A stretch of 64,000 nucleotides of DNA from a virus: positions 64,001-128,000 of IMG/VR virus record IMGVR_UViG_3300033405_000004. One strand, given 5' to 3'. Below are positions 37,560 through 47,100 of the stretch, piece by piece. The translations under genes and the position numbers were made by a program. How positions within the stretch are numbered: position 1 is the stretch's first letter; each line of letters opens with the position of its first letter. The notes under the pieces are model-generated. The model did no database searches, was not told the DNA's origin, and worked only from the letters and a program-made list of their open reading frames with translations.

Positions 37560-38882
37560 TTAAGGTGATTTTTCGTCCTCGTCCTCGATTGGCGTGAGGT
37601 CCTCGTCGGTGCCGCCCTCGACGGCGTCCACCAGCCCGACCTCGCCCTCCACGGCGAACAGGATCGTGCAGGCTTTCTCCCACAGCAGATCGAGGTCGGC
37701 CTTGTGCGCCTCGTGGAACGCGGGCCACTGGGCGCGCGAGTCGAGTCGCGGGTCCGCCCGGGTCTCGTCCTCGCCGAAGGTGGTCGGCTTGATGCCGAAG
37801 TGCTGGAAGCGGAACGACACCGACCCGGCGTCGCCTTCCTCCTTCTTGCCGCTCTTCGCGAGCTTGAGGAAGATCAGCGTCTCCAGGAGGGAGTAGAGGT
37901 TGTTGAGGCCGCGGTCATAGAGCAGCACGAAGCGTCCCGCCCGCATCGGCTTGGCCAGCCGGTTCTTCACCGTGACGAAGCCGGAGCAGAAGCCGACCGG
38001 GAACTGCTGGTCCTTGTGCAGCTTGTAGTGCGCGTTCACCTGATACATGAAGATGCGCACGCTGGCGAAGAACTTGAGGGCGCGGCCGCCGGGCGAGTCG
38101 AAGTCGTCGTCCTGCGGGAGGGCGCCCCCGCCGCGGCGGCGGTTCGCCTCGTAGCGGGCGTTGACTTGGTTCGTGAAGATGGCGAGCACGTTCCGCTGGC
38201 TCAGCTTCCGCATCATGCGGCGGAAGCCCCGGCGCAGCATCTTCGGCTGGCGCGGGAAGTCCTGATCCTCCCACTTCGCCTTCATCTCCTCGCGGGAGGA
38301 GGTGCCGCCGATGGTGTCCACGATCACCAGGATGAAGACGGGGTGCTCCTTGGTGCTGACCCGGTCGATGGCGTTGATCGCCACGTCGATCATCTTGAAC
38401 ATCTGGTCCACGGTGTCCGCCCGCGCCACGGCGACGTCGATGATGTTCCCGTCGACGACCAGCTTCTCGTCCTCCTCCAGCGACTGCTCGTTGTCGATGT
38501 AGAGCGTGGTCACCTCCACGTCCTTGGGCACCGGCTCCCAGGCTACTGAGAAGTCCTTGTCGCCGGGGTGGCCCACCTGCTTGCGCTGGATGATGTGGCG
38601 CCCCTGGAGGCGCCCGGCGCAGTGGGTCACCATCGCCGTCTTGCCGCAGCTCTCCAGGCCGTACAGTTCGACGACTCGCCCGAAGGGCAGGCCGCCGCCG
38701 AGGGCCACGTCGAGCGAGTCGATGCCGGTGGTGAGCTTGTAGTGGACCTTCGAGAGGATCTCCTTCGACGAGCGCGACACCTCCCACATCAGCTCCCCGG
38801 TCTTGGGGCGGCTGCGTTCGAGGCTCCCGACGATGGCGCCGACGAGGTCCTTCCTGCCCTTCGCGCGGAGTGTCTTGGCCAT
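37560..38882 (-). CDS. recA: RecA/UvsX recombinase
   Basis: TGIDSLDVALGGGLP.GRVVELYG.ES.GKT, IFTNQV and PGGRALKFFASVR. Confidence 0.95.
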   Translation of the reverse strand: MAKTLRAKGRKDLVGAIVGSLERSRPKTGELMWEVSRSSKEILSKVHYKLTTGIDSLDVALGGGLPFGRVVELYGLESCGKTAMVTHCAGRLQGRHIIQRKQVGHPGDKDFSVAWEPVPKDVEVTTLYIDNEQSLEEDEKLVVDGNIIDVAVARADTVDQMFKMIDVAINAIDRVSTKEHPVFILVIVDTIGGTSSREEMKAKWEDQDFPRQPKMLRRGFRRMMRKLSQRNVLAIFTNQVNARYEANRRRGGGALPQDDDFDSPGGRALKFFASVRIFMYQVNAHYKLHKDQQFPVGFCSGFVTVKNRLAKPMRAGRFVLLYDRGLNNLYSLLETLIFLKLAKSGKKEEGDAGSVSFRFQHFGIKPTTFGEDETRADPRLDSRAQWPAFHEAHKADLDLLWEKACTILFAVEGEVGLVDAVEGGTDEDLTPIEDEDEKSP

Positions 38883-38885
38883 GGG

Positions 38886-40337
38886 TCAGGTCTCCAGCCT
38901 GCGCCTCGGCGGGGGCAGCGCGCCCTCGCTTCCGGGCTCCGACGGCTCGTCGGCGGCGTTCGTGGCGGCGCGCACGCCCTCGCGGATGATGCTGCTCAGT
39001 TGCGGGCGGGCAGCCTTGCCCTGCTGCGGGCTGGCGGCGGTGCTGATCGGCGGCGCCGCGTCGCGCCTCTCGGGCGGCACCTCGTCGAGCGCGTCGCCCT
39101 CCTGCTGGGCGTCCCGGCGGGGCGGCGGCGACGCCGCCACCCTCGCGTCGGCGCGGCGCACCGCGGGCGGGGGCGAGGCGCGCACTGGGGGCGGGGGCTC
39201 TTCAGCTCCCCCAGCCTCTTCGCCGCTGGCAGCGGCGGCATCCTCGTCCAAAAGTGGATCGTGCGCGGGAGCGGAGCGGCGCAAGACAGCGTCGCGATCT
39301 GCTGGGTGCAGCACTTGGGTCGTGTCCGAATCGGCGCGGCGTGCCGTCCGCTCAGGCGGCGCTTCTGAGCGCCGGGGCGGAGGTGCCTCCTCACGCCTGG
39401 GCGGGGGTGCCTCCTCGCGCCTGGCCTCTGTCCGTCGGGGCGGCGGCTCTTCGCGCCTGGGTGGTTCTTCGCGCCGGGGTGGAGCCTCCTCGCGTCGGGA
39501 CGGGGGCGGCGCCTCCTCCCTGGACTCGCTGCGCCGCGGCCTGTCGTCCCCCTGGCGGGGCGCGCGGTCGTCGTCGCCCTCAGCCTCCCGCTGGCGCGTC
39601 CTCGGCCCGCCGAGGATGGCCTCGTCCAGCTTGTCCAGCGCCTCGTCCAGCTGCGCCGGGGTGAGCGGCTTGAAGTCCTCGACCTTCACCTTCGCGATGA
39701 TGTCCTCCACGACCTTCTCGGAGTCCTCGGCGGTGTGCACCGGCTTCGGGTCCTCGCGGTCGAACTTCACCATGCCGCGGTTGTCCTTCCTGATCCACAC
39801 GTCGTAGCCCCTCACCGGGTCGAGCAGGCCGAGCGGCACCTCGCCCCGGCGGGTGGACCGCTTGAACATGGCCGACAGCTCTAGCCACTGGTTGCGGTTC
39901 AGCCAGAAGGCGTACGGCTTGTACAGGTCGCTCTTCGGCACGGCGCGCGGCTCGTCGCCGCTCTCCTCGCGCTCCCAGGTGATGACGTAGGTCAGCCACT
40001 GCGGGAAGGCGCTGCAGAAGTTGGCGCGCTCGGCGACCCTCGTGTTCTGCGAGGCGAGGTACTTGTCGCACAGGTCGCACAGCTCGCACTGGCACGCCGG
40101 GTCGCCGCCCACGTCGGGCGAGGTGACCTTCTTGCAGACGTAGGGCCGCTTGTTGATCCAGTGGCGGCCGACGCGGAGGTACCAGGTGCCCCGCGCGCCG
40201 AGCCTGACCGGGATGAACCGGGCGAGGACGGATTCGTTTTTCTTGAGGTCGAGGCGCTCGGCGCGGTTGAACCGCGAGGACGCGAAGACGCGCTCCTCTT
40301 CGAGGAGGTTGCTGAGTTCGGGATCGACTTGGACCAT
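38886..40337 (-). CDS. single-stranded DNA-binding protein (gp32-like) with long repetitive tail
   Basis: RFIP, HW, C...C.LC zinc site and DP..GYD motifs; lies between UvsY-like and RecA genes. Confidence 0.75.
   Translation of the reverse strand: MVQVDPELSNLLEEERVFASSRFNRAERLDLKKNESVLARFIPVRLGARGTWYLRVGRHWINKRPYVCKKVTSPDVGGDPACQCELCDLCDKYLASQNTRVAERANFCSAFPQWLTYVITWEREESGDEPRAVPKSDLYKPYAFWLNRNQWLELSAMFKRSTRRGEVPLGLLDPVRGYDVWIRKDNRGMVKFDREDPKPVHTAEDSEKVVEDIIAKVKVEDFKPLTPAQLDEALDKLDEAILGGPRTRQREAEGDDDRAPRQGDDRPRRSESREEAPPPSRREEAPPRREEPPRREEPPPRRTEARREEAPPPRREEAPPPRRSEAPPERTARRADSDTTQVLHPADRDAVLRRSAPAHDPLLDEDAAAASGEEAGGAEEPPPPVRASPPPAVRRADARVAASPPPRRDAQQEGDALDEVPPERRDAAPPISTAASPQQGKAARPQLSSIIREGVRAATNAADEPSEPGSEGALPPPRRRLET
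39355..39522 (-). repeat. degenerate coding tandem repeat RREE(A)PPP
   Basis: About seven units in the SSB tail with synonymous variation. Confidence 0.8.
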
Positions 40338-40359
40338 GGTGGGTTGGGTTTGAAGGCTG

Positions 40360-40812
40360 TTACTTTTCTGACGATTCGAAAACTTTGCGCCGGGTCGCCT
40401 CGGTCGAGCGCACCAGCTCCAGCTTCATCTGGAGGTTCTCCTGCGTGCCGCGCAGCCGGGAGACCCAGCCGGAGAGCACGGCGATCTCCTCGTTGAGCTT
40501 GCGCACTTGCGGGTCGATCACGACCGCGTGCTTGAGGGCGTCCTCGGTCTCCCTCCCGCCGTAGTCGTCGGCGAAGCGGCCCTTCCGCAGATCGAAGTAG
40601 GCCATGGCCTCCGCCTCGTCGAGCTCGTTCCTGCGCTTCTGGAGCGTCTCGATGAAGGCCTGGAGCTGCTCGTTGACCCACTCCGCGATGGAGGGGAGCT
40701 CGTTCGCCGCCTGGGAGACGTCCTCGTACTCGCGGGCGAGGTAGGCGTTCAGGTCGAGCGTGTAGCCGCCGAGGGTGATGGGCGCGATGGTTGGCAGCTT
40801 GTTTTTGGGCAC
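40360..40812 (-). CDS. UvsY-like recombination mediator
   Basis: Helical ~150-aa protein with ETE..L...V..DP pattern upstream of SSB and RecA; GTG start after GTTCTTA. Confidence 0.6.
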   Translation of the reverse strand: MPKNKLPTIAPITLGGYTLDLNAYLAREYEDVSQAANELPSIAEWVNEQLQAFIETLQKRRNELDEAEAMAYFDLRKGRFADDYGGRETEDALKHAVVIDPQVRKLNEEIAVLSGWVSRLRGTQENLQMKLELVRSTEATRRKVFESSEK

Positions 40813-40923
40813 GGCTGATAAGAACAATGTTTACAACCCGCCGGTCAAACAAATCGGGGGAAAGTTATCCACCCGTTTTTGTGGGCGGCGTGTGAGCAAG
40901 TTTTGTGGGGAAGATGTGCACAG

Positions 40924-42321
40924 TCAGTTGAGGGGCTCGGCCATGGCGCTCATCGGCGGCCGCCGGAGCCGCTCGCTCTTCTTTTTCCTCTGCTTCTCCG
41001 CCTCGGCGGGGTCGTACGCGATCCGCTCCATGAACGTCATGGTCCACGTCCGCGGGTCGACCCGCCCGCGTAGGTGCTGGAAGGCGGGGCCGTGGCGGTT
41101 CAGGAAGTTGAAGAAGCGGATCTGGTGCTGCAGGAACTCCTCGTCGGTGGCGCACAGCCCGAAGGCCACGTCGACGATGCCCGCCTTCTCGAACGACCCC
41201 TGGAGCGCCCTGGCGTCCGGCACCGGCTGGTCCACCGTCTCGCGGTTGACCCGGTCGGGCATGACCACGGTGGCGCCGAACTCGCCCGCGAGCGCCCGCG
41301 CCTCCACGTAGATGCTCGACTGCTGGCGGTACTCGGCGTCCCGCTTGTTGCTCGGCATGATCGTCTCGGCGAAGTCGATGACGATGAGCCGGGGGTTGAT
41401 CCCCAGCTGCGCCTTGGCGGTGTGGGCGTGGGCCCGCAGGTCGCCGATGGTGGCGTTCTTCGACGGGAACGACTTGAAGAGGAGGGTCTTCTTGAGCTTG
41501 TCCCTCGCGGCCGCCTTCACGTCCAGGGTGAACTTTTGGGGGTTCTCGTAGAGGTAGTCCTCGGGGAGCTGGGCCAGGTTGCACATCGCCCGCACCATCG
41601 CCAGCTCCTGGTTGATCTCGCAGGCGTAGTAGATGACGTCCTCGCCGACGGCCGGCGAGGCCACGTTCACGGCGAGGTTGATGCAGAAGCCCGTCTTGTA
41701 CCGCTTCGGCGGGGCCGCCGGCACCACCAGCCAGCCCGGGCCCCAGCCCCGCCTCCAGATCGCGTCGAGCTCCCCGAAGCCGGTGCTGAGGCCGTAGTCC
41801 TGGTTGACGACCTTGCCGACGACGTCGTCGATGTCCCTCGGGTCGCCCAGCACGTAGCCGAGATCCTCCAGATTCTGGCCGACCTGCATGGCCTGCATGA
41901 ACAGGCTGGCGAAGCCGTCCTTCGGGACCTTGCCCTCCTGGAGCAGGCCTACCGACTCGCGGATGGCGTTCACCAGCGCCCGCTCGCGCAGCCAGGAGCC
42001 CACCCGGTCGCGGACGTACTGCCAGTCCGCCGTGTCGAGCGACTTGAGTTTGTTTACATAATCGTGGGCGAGGCCCGCCTCCGCCTCCGGGAGCTGCCTC
42101 GTCTCCTCGTCGAGCCGCTGCTCCAGCACGACCCACGTGGGGTAGCGGTTGTACTTCTCCGCGTGCTCCAGCATGCACCGGGCGGCCAGCGTCGGCTGCA
42201 CCCCGGCGAAGTACTTCGGCTTGAGGGCGGCCGCCACGTAGGCGAACTCCTTCGTGTGCCTCGCCATGGTGGCGAGCAGGAGGTCCTGGAAGTCCTCCCT
42301 GAAGTCGAAGAGATCGGGCAC
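40924..42321 (-). CDS. DnaB/gp41-like replicative helicase
   Basis: STGF.ELD, atypical Walker A APPKRYKT, YYACE, LIVIDF and VNR motifs. Confidence 0.85.
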   Translation of the reverse strand: MPDLFDFREDFQDLLLATMARHTKEFAYVAAALKPKYFAGVQPTLAARCMLEHAEKYNRYPTWVVLEQRLDEETRQLPEAEAGLAHDYVNKLKSLDTADWQYVRDRVGSWLRERALVNAIRESVGLLQEGKVPKDGFASLFMQAMQVGQNLEDLGYVLGDPRDIDDVVGKVVNQDYGLSTGFGELDAIWRRGWGPGWLVVPAAPPKRYKTGFCINLAVNVASPAVGEDVIYYACEINQELAMVRAMCNLAQLPEDYLYENPQKFTLDVKAAARDKLKKTLLFKSFPSKNATIGDLRAHAHTAKAQLGINPRLIVIDFAETIMPSNKRDAEYRQQSSIYVEARALAGEFGATVVMPDRVNRETVDQPVPDARALQGSFEKAGIVDVAFGLCATDEEFLQHQIRFFNFLNRHGPAFQHLRGRVDPRTWTMTFMERIAYDPAEAEKQRKKKSERLRRPPMSAMAEPLN

Positions 42322-42333
42322 GGAGAGAAGAAC

Positions 42334-43359
42334 TCAGTTGTGTTGTGTTGTGCTGGTTGGTGCTGCGCTGTTCGGCGCTGTGCTAGCTGGTTCGTCCGGG
42401 TCCGGGTCTGGCTCGGAAAGCAGGCACTCCGCCCACAGGATGGCGTCGCCCAGGGCCGACCAGAACGCCATCGGGTGCCTCACCGGCGACCTGGCCTCGA
42501 AGTCGGCCTCGCGGTGGCCGTAGTGCGCGAGCACGCGCCGCAGCACGTCGGGGAGGATCTTCTCCCGCTCGCGGCGCCACTCGTCCCTGTCCCGCCCCGC
42601 CTGCGCGACCCGGTGCCGGTGTCGCTTCAGCTCGTCGCTGTCGCGGGTCGGCGCTTCGAGCCAGCGCCGGGTGTAGGTCGGCTCGGTCGAGAGCCAGCGC
42701 GGGTCCAGCGCCAGCTCCTGGGCGTTGTAGAGGCTGTTTACGGCCCCCTCCCCCCACTTCTGGCGGTGGCCCACCACCCACCTCGCCGCCAGCCATTCGC
42801 TGGCTGCCAGTGCGCGGGTGGCGTCCTCGGTCGGCCCGACCATCGAGAGGAGCGTCGTCATGTCGAACACGCCGTAGCGGCCAGCCGCTGCCTGCCGGTA
42901 CATCTCGACGTTCTTCTTGGCGGCCGGGCCGAGCAGCATGCGCGCGTGGAACCTGCGCCCCGGGCTGCCCTCGTTCGTGTCGCGGAACGCCATCATCGCC
43001 GCGAAGATGTAGAGCCGGAGCGTGATGCCGTCCCTGCGCAGGCCCGCGCGGAGGCGGCGCCCCTGTAGCTGGGTCATGCGGGCCGGCGCCCTCTTGAAGA
43101 CCTGGCGGTAGCACGAGGCGTAGGTGCCGAGCACGTCCTCCCGGTCGGGGTCGCCGCTGTCCAGCTGCGCCACCGGCCCCAGGCTGAACGCCAGGCGGCT
43201 CAGCGGCACCCTGCCCGCCCGCGAGCCCGTGGCTTTGAGGCAGCGGGCCTCGTGGGGGCAGGTCCTGCACTTCGGGTCCGCGCCGTCGTGCTCCAGCGCA
43301 AAGCACGGCAGGGGCGCCGGCGGCGCCGGGCGCCGCATGAACTGGGTTTGTTCGGGCAC
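42334..43359 (-). CDS. hypothetical replication-cluster protein with N-terminal Cys motif
   Basis: CF.....D..C..C....C; located between helicase and polymerase. Confidence 0.7.
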   Translation of the reverse strand: MPEQTQFMRRPAPPAPLPCFALEHDGADPKCRTCPHEARCLKATGSRAGRVPLSRLAFSLGPVAQLDSGDPDREDVLGTYASCYRQVFKRAPARMTQLQGRRLRAGLRRDGITLRLYIFAAMMAFRDTNEGSPGRRFHARMLLGPAAKKNVEMYRQAAAGRYGVFDMTTLLSMVGPTEDATRALAASEWLAARWVVGHRQKWGEGAVNSLYNAQELALDPRWLSTEPTYTRRWLEAPTRDSDELKRHRHRVAQAGRDRDEWRREREKILPDVLRRVLAHYGHREADFEARSPVRHPMAFWSALGDAILWAECLLSEPDPDPDEPASTAPNSAAPTSTTQHN

Positions 43360-43392
43360 GCGATGGGAAGAACTCGTTCTTAGACCCCGCAG

Positions 43393-46300
43393 ATGGAACC
43401 CAAGCGGTCAAAGGCCCGGAAGCCCACGGTCCCGAAGTTCGTTCGCGACCTGATGGCGGCGAGGGAGGCGGGCGGCAAGCTGCTCGCGGGCGACGCCTCG
43501 CCCATCTGCCAGAAGTGCGGCCTGAACGAGTGCGGGGCGCGGCAGCCCTACGTCAAGTTCCACGGCGCGGAGGACCCGCTGCTCACCGTCGTCTTCGACT
43601 CCATCTCCAGGCGCGAGGACGACGCCGACGAGATCGCCGTGGAGGGCTCGGCCAACGGGTTGCTCCGTAAGGTGCTGGAGCACGAGGCCAAGGATCTCGG
43701 CGTCGACTTGGGGCGCGTGCGGTGGGTTGCCACGACGCGCTGTGCTAACCGGCGGGACGGGAAGAAGGTCAACTACAAGACGCACGGCAACTGGTGCCGC
43801 TACTTCGCCGTGCAGGACCTCCGCAGGCGCCCGCCCGCCGTCGTGATGCCCGTCGGCTCGACCGCCCTGGCTATGTTCTCGCACAAGGCCAGCGCCTACA
43901 ACTGGGCGGGCAAGGTGCTTAACTGGCGCGGCTGGCCGGACGGCTGGCTCGTCGACAAGGCCTTCGCGGAGGGCCACCCGTTCTTCGGGCCGAGGCCGGC
44001 GGAGTCCGAGCGCCGCCCCATGGTGCCGGTGCAGGCGCCGCGGGTCGTCTACATGACGCAGAACCCGCAGGAGAAGGCGCGCTGGATTCGCCACATCCGC
44101 CGGGCGCTGGAGCTCGTCGTCCACGGGGCGCAGGCCCCGAGCTACGACCGCCCGTGGTTCCGCCTGCTGGAGACGCCGGAGGAGGTCGAGGCCGCCCTCG
44201 ACGCCATCCCCGGCGGGGTCTCGCTCACCTACGACTCCGAGACCACCGGCCTGCTCGCCTTCCTGAACGGGGCCGCCATCGTCTTCATGATGTTCCGGTA
44301 CAAGCTGCCGGACGGCGCGCCCGTGGCGATCGCCTTCCCCTGGGACTACGAGGGCAGCCCGCTCAGGCCGCACATCAGGCGGCTCACCCCGCGCGTCCTC
44401 TCGACCATGTACCGGACCAAGCTCAACGGTCACAACCTGGGCTTCGACGTGATCTACGCCTTCGCGACCCTGGAGGGGGCCAGCTTGTCGAAGCTGACTG
44501 CGGCGATGGACTGCGACACGCGGCACCTCATCTACACTTACCGGCAGACCAACGAGTCGCTCGGCTTGGAGCGCGTCGCCTACGACTGGTGCCCCGACAT
44601 GGCCGGGTATGAGGAGGCCTTTGAGCTCCTCAAGCAGTCCGAGCCAACCCTGCTCGATCCCGCCGCGGGCGAGGGCGGCCACTACGCGAAGTGCCCGCGC
44701 GAGCTCTGGCCGACGCACTTCCTGCCGTACGTCTTCGGCGACGTCGAGGTCGCCGCCGGGACGCGCGAGTCCACGCTGGCGAAGCTCAGGGAGGCGCGCT
44801 CCTACATGTTCCCCCTCGCCGACCCGGCGCACCTCGGTCGCTTCCGCCTCTACAAGCCGCTGCACCGGCTCCAGACCTACCGGCGCATCATGCTGCCCAG
44901 CCAGCGGGTGCTCACCCGGCTCATGGGCCGGGGCATGTTCGTCGACGTGGACGAGCTGGAGCACCAGGAGGACACCTTCCCCAAGATGATCGTGGCGGCC
45001 CGCGCCAAGCTCCGCCTGGTCGACGAGCGCATCGTCAAGTGGTGCCAGGCCCAGGAAGCCACCGTCCCCGACTGGAAGCTCGACTTGGAGGACCGTGACC
45101 AGCTCAAGACCATCCTCTTCGAGATCCTCAACCTCCCGGTGAAGCGGCTCACCGAGACAGGCATCCGGCTCCTTGGCGAGGACCTGGCTGAGGTGTCGAG
45201 GGAGGACCAGTTCAAGTACGCCGCCATCGACCGGTACACGCTCAACGGCCTCGCCGCTGAGTTCCCGAACCCCCTGAAGCCCGACGAGAGCTTGCTCAAG
45301 CCGCTCCAGGACTACCGCAAGCTCTACAAGGCCTACACCACCTACGTGCGCTCCATGCGCAACCTGTTCAGCAAGGGCGTCGACAAGAAGGAGCGCGAGA
45401 AGGAGCAGTACCTCATGCCCGACTACTGCGTCCACCCGACCTTCAACCAGTGCGGCACCCGATCGGGCCGGCTCAGCTCCAGCCAGCCCAACGCCCAGCA
45501 GCTCCCCAAGGACTCCATCGTGAAGCGGTTCTACACCTCCCGCTTCGGCGAGCGCGGTTGCATCTACCAGGCCGACCTGTCGCAGATCGAGCTGCGCTTG
45601 CTCGCCGCGGCCAGCGGCGACCCCCTCATGGTCAAGACCTACCGGGAGGGCACGGACATCCACTCGACCACCATGTCGCGGATCTTCAAGCTGCCTTACG
45701 AGCAGTGCGTGAAGGAGTGGGTCTCCAAGCTCCAGGCGGAGGGTCGGGACGCCGAGGCCAAGAAGATGGAGCTGTGGCGCCGCATCGCCAAGACCACCAA
45801 CTTCCTCACGTCGTACGGCGGCGGCGCTTACGGCCTCCAGACCACCCTGGCCGAGGATGCCGTCTACCTCCCCATCGAGGAGTGTGAGCGCATCGTCGAG
45901 GCCCTCTTCGACACCTACCCCAAGCTGCGCGAGCATATCGGCGTCTACAAGCAGTTCATCCTCGACCACGGCCTGGCCGTCTCCATGTCGGGTCGCATCC
46001 GGGTCTTTGAGGACGTCTACTCCGACGACCGCGGCGTCCTCAGCAAGGCCCTTCGCTCCGGCTACAACCACCTGATCCAGTCCACCGCCTCCGACATGAT
46101 GCTTACCTGCATGGCCGCCATCGAGGCCGCCATGCGCCAAGCCGGGCTGGAGTCCATTCTCGTTTCTACCGTCCACGACTCCATCGTCACCGACGCCGTC
46201 CGGGCCGAGCTGCCGCAGGTTCACGCCATCACCATGGAGGTCATCAACAACATCCCCGACGTGCTGGAGCTCATGTGGGGGCCGGGCTTCAACTCCGACT

Positions 46301-46416
46301 GGACCCGCATCCTTCCGTTCGGGGGCGATGCCGACGTGGGCCTCAACTACCTGGATGTGAAGCGGGTGGAGGGCGACGACCCGGACTGGGACGCCCTCCT
46401 TAGCAAAAAGTCATAG
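43393..46416 (+). CDS. family A DNA polymerase with N-terminal uracil-DNA-glycosylase-like domain and 3'-5' exonuclease
   Basis: CQKCGL/RC (family-4 UDG-like); DSETTGL and HNLGFD (exonuclease); TRSGRLSS, DLSQIELR, AKTTNF..SYG and VHDS (PolA). Confidence 0.93.
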   Translation: MEPKRSKARKPTVPKFVRDLMAAREAGGKLLAGDASPICQKCGLNECGARQPYVKFHGAEDPLLTVVFDSISRREDDADEIAVEGSANGLLRKVLEHEAKDLGVDLGRVRWVATTRCANRRDGKKVNYKTHGNWCRYFAVQDLRRRPPAVVMPVGSTALAMFSHKASAYNWAGKVLNWRGWPDGWLVDKAFAEGHPFFGPRPAESERRPMVPVQAPRVVYMTQNPQEKARWIRHIRRALELVVHGAQAPSYDRPWFRLLETPEEVEAALDAIPGGVSLTYDSETTGLLAFLNGAAIVFMMFRYKLPDGAPVAIAFPWDYEGSPLRPHIRRLTPRVLSTMYRTKLNGHNLGFDVIYAFATLEGASLSKLTAAMDCDTRHLIYTYRQTNESLGLERVAYDWCPDMAGYEEAFELLKQSEPTLLDPAAGEGGHYAKCPRELWPTHFLPYVFGDVEVAAGTRESTLAKLREARSYMFPLADPAHLGRFRLYKPLHRLQTYRRIMLPSQRVLTRLMGRGMFVDVDELEHQEDTFPKMIVAARAKLRLVDERIVKWCQAQEATVPDWKLDLEDRDQLKTILFEILNLPVKRLTETGIRLLGEDLAEVSREDQFKYAAIDRYTLNGLAAEFPNPLKPDESLLKPLQDYRKLYKAYTTYVRSMRNLFSKGVDKKEREKEQYLMPDYCVHPTFNQCGTRSGRLSSSQPNAQQLPKDSIVKRFYTSRFGERGCIYQADLSQIELRLLAAASGDPLMVKTYREGTDIHSTTMSRIFKLPYEQCVKEWVSKLQAEGRDAEAKKMELWRRIAKTTNFLTSYGGGAYGLQTTLAEDAVYLPIEECERIVEALFDTYPKLREHIGVYKQFILDHGLAVSMSGRIRVFEDVYSDDRGVLSKALRSGYNHLIQSTASDMMLTCMAAIEAAMRQAGLESILVSTVHDSIVTDAVRAELPQVHAITMEVINNIPDVLELMWGPGFNSDWTRILPFGGDADVGLNYLDVKRVEGDDPDWDALLSKKS

Positions 46417-46464
46417 ACATTTTGTTGTTTACAACTGCCCTCCTCACTCCCCATTATTCCGGGC

Positions 46465-47100
46465 ATGGCACAGGAAATCCGCGACTTCAAGGCCCACCCT
46501 AATTTGCTTTGGGACGTCATCACCCGCCAGGCGGGTACGCTCGGCAAGGCCATGCTGGAGGGCGTCTGCAACTCCTGCGACGCCGGGGCAACGCGGATTG
46601 ACGTCTCGCTCGGTGCGGACAGCTTCTCCATCGTGGACAACGGGCGCGGCTTCCGCGACAAGGCGGAGATCACGCAGGTCTTCGAGATCTTCGGCCAGCC
46701 GCACGCCGAGGGCGACGCCCTGTACGGGTGGTTCCGCATGGGGCGCGGCCAAATCATGGCCTTCGCCAAGACGGTGTGGCGGTCCAACGGCTCGGTCATG
46801 CGGGTCGACATCAAGAAGGACGGCCTGCGCTACGAGTACGCCGAGCTCAGCCCGCCCGAACCCGGCTGCCGCATCGACGGCATGCTCTACGAGCCGCTCA
46901 GCCTCGGTCAGGTTCGGATGGTCGCCGACGAGGTCGTTCGCGACTGCCGCTACATTGCGGCCCAGCTTTTCATCAACGGCGCGCAGGTGAACGACGACCC
47001 CGCCAAGAAGAAGTGGCCCCTTGAAGGCCCCGACTTTTGGGGGCGGGTTAGCCCCGGCGGCGGGCGGATAACTTTTTTTGTAAACAGTCTTAGTTACGGT
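46465..47100 (+). pseudogene. GHKL (HATPase_c) ATPase N-terminal fragment, open in frame into the next gene
   Basis: E...NS.DA, DNGRGF and G.F.MG motifs; sequence turns AT-rich and intergenic-like at about 47035-47100. Confidence 0.6.

Noticed and set aside
26924-39522. Short tandem repeats as CRISPR arrays
   Set aside because: They are in-frame coding repeats without unique spacers, and no cas genes are present.
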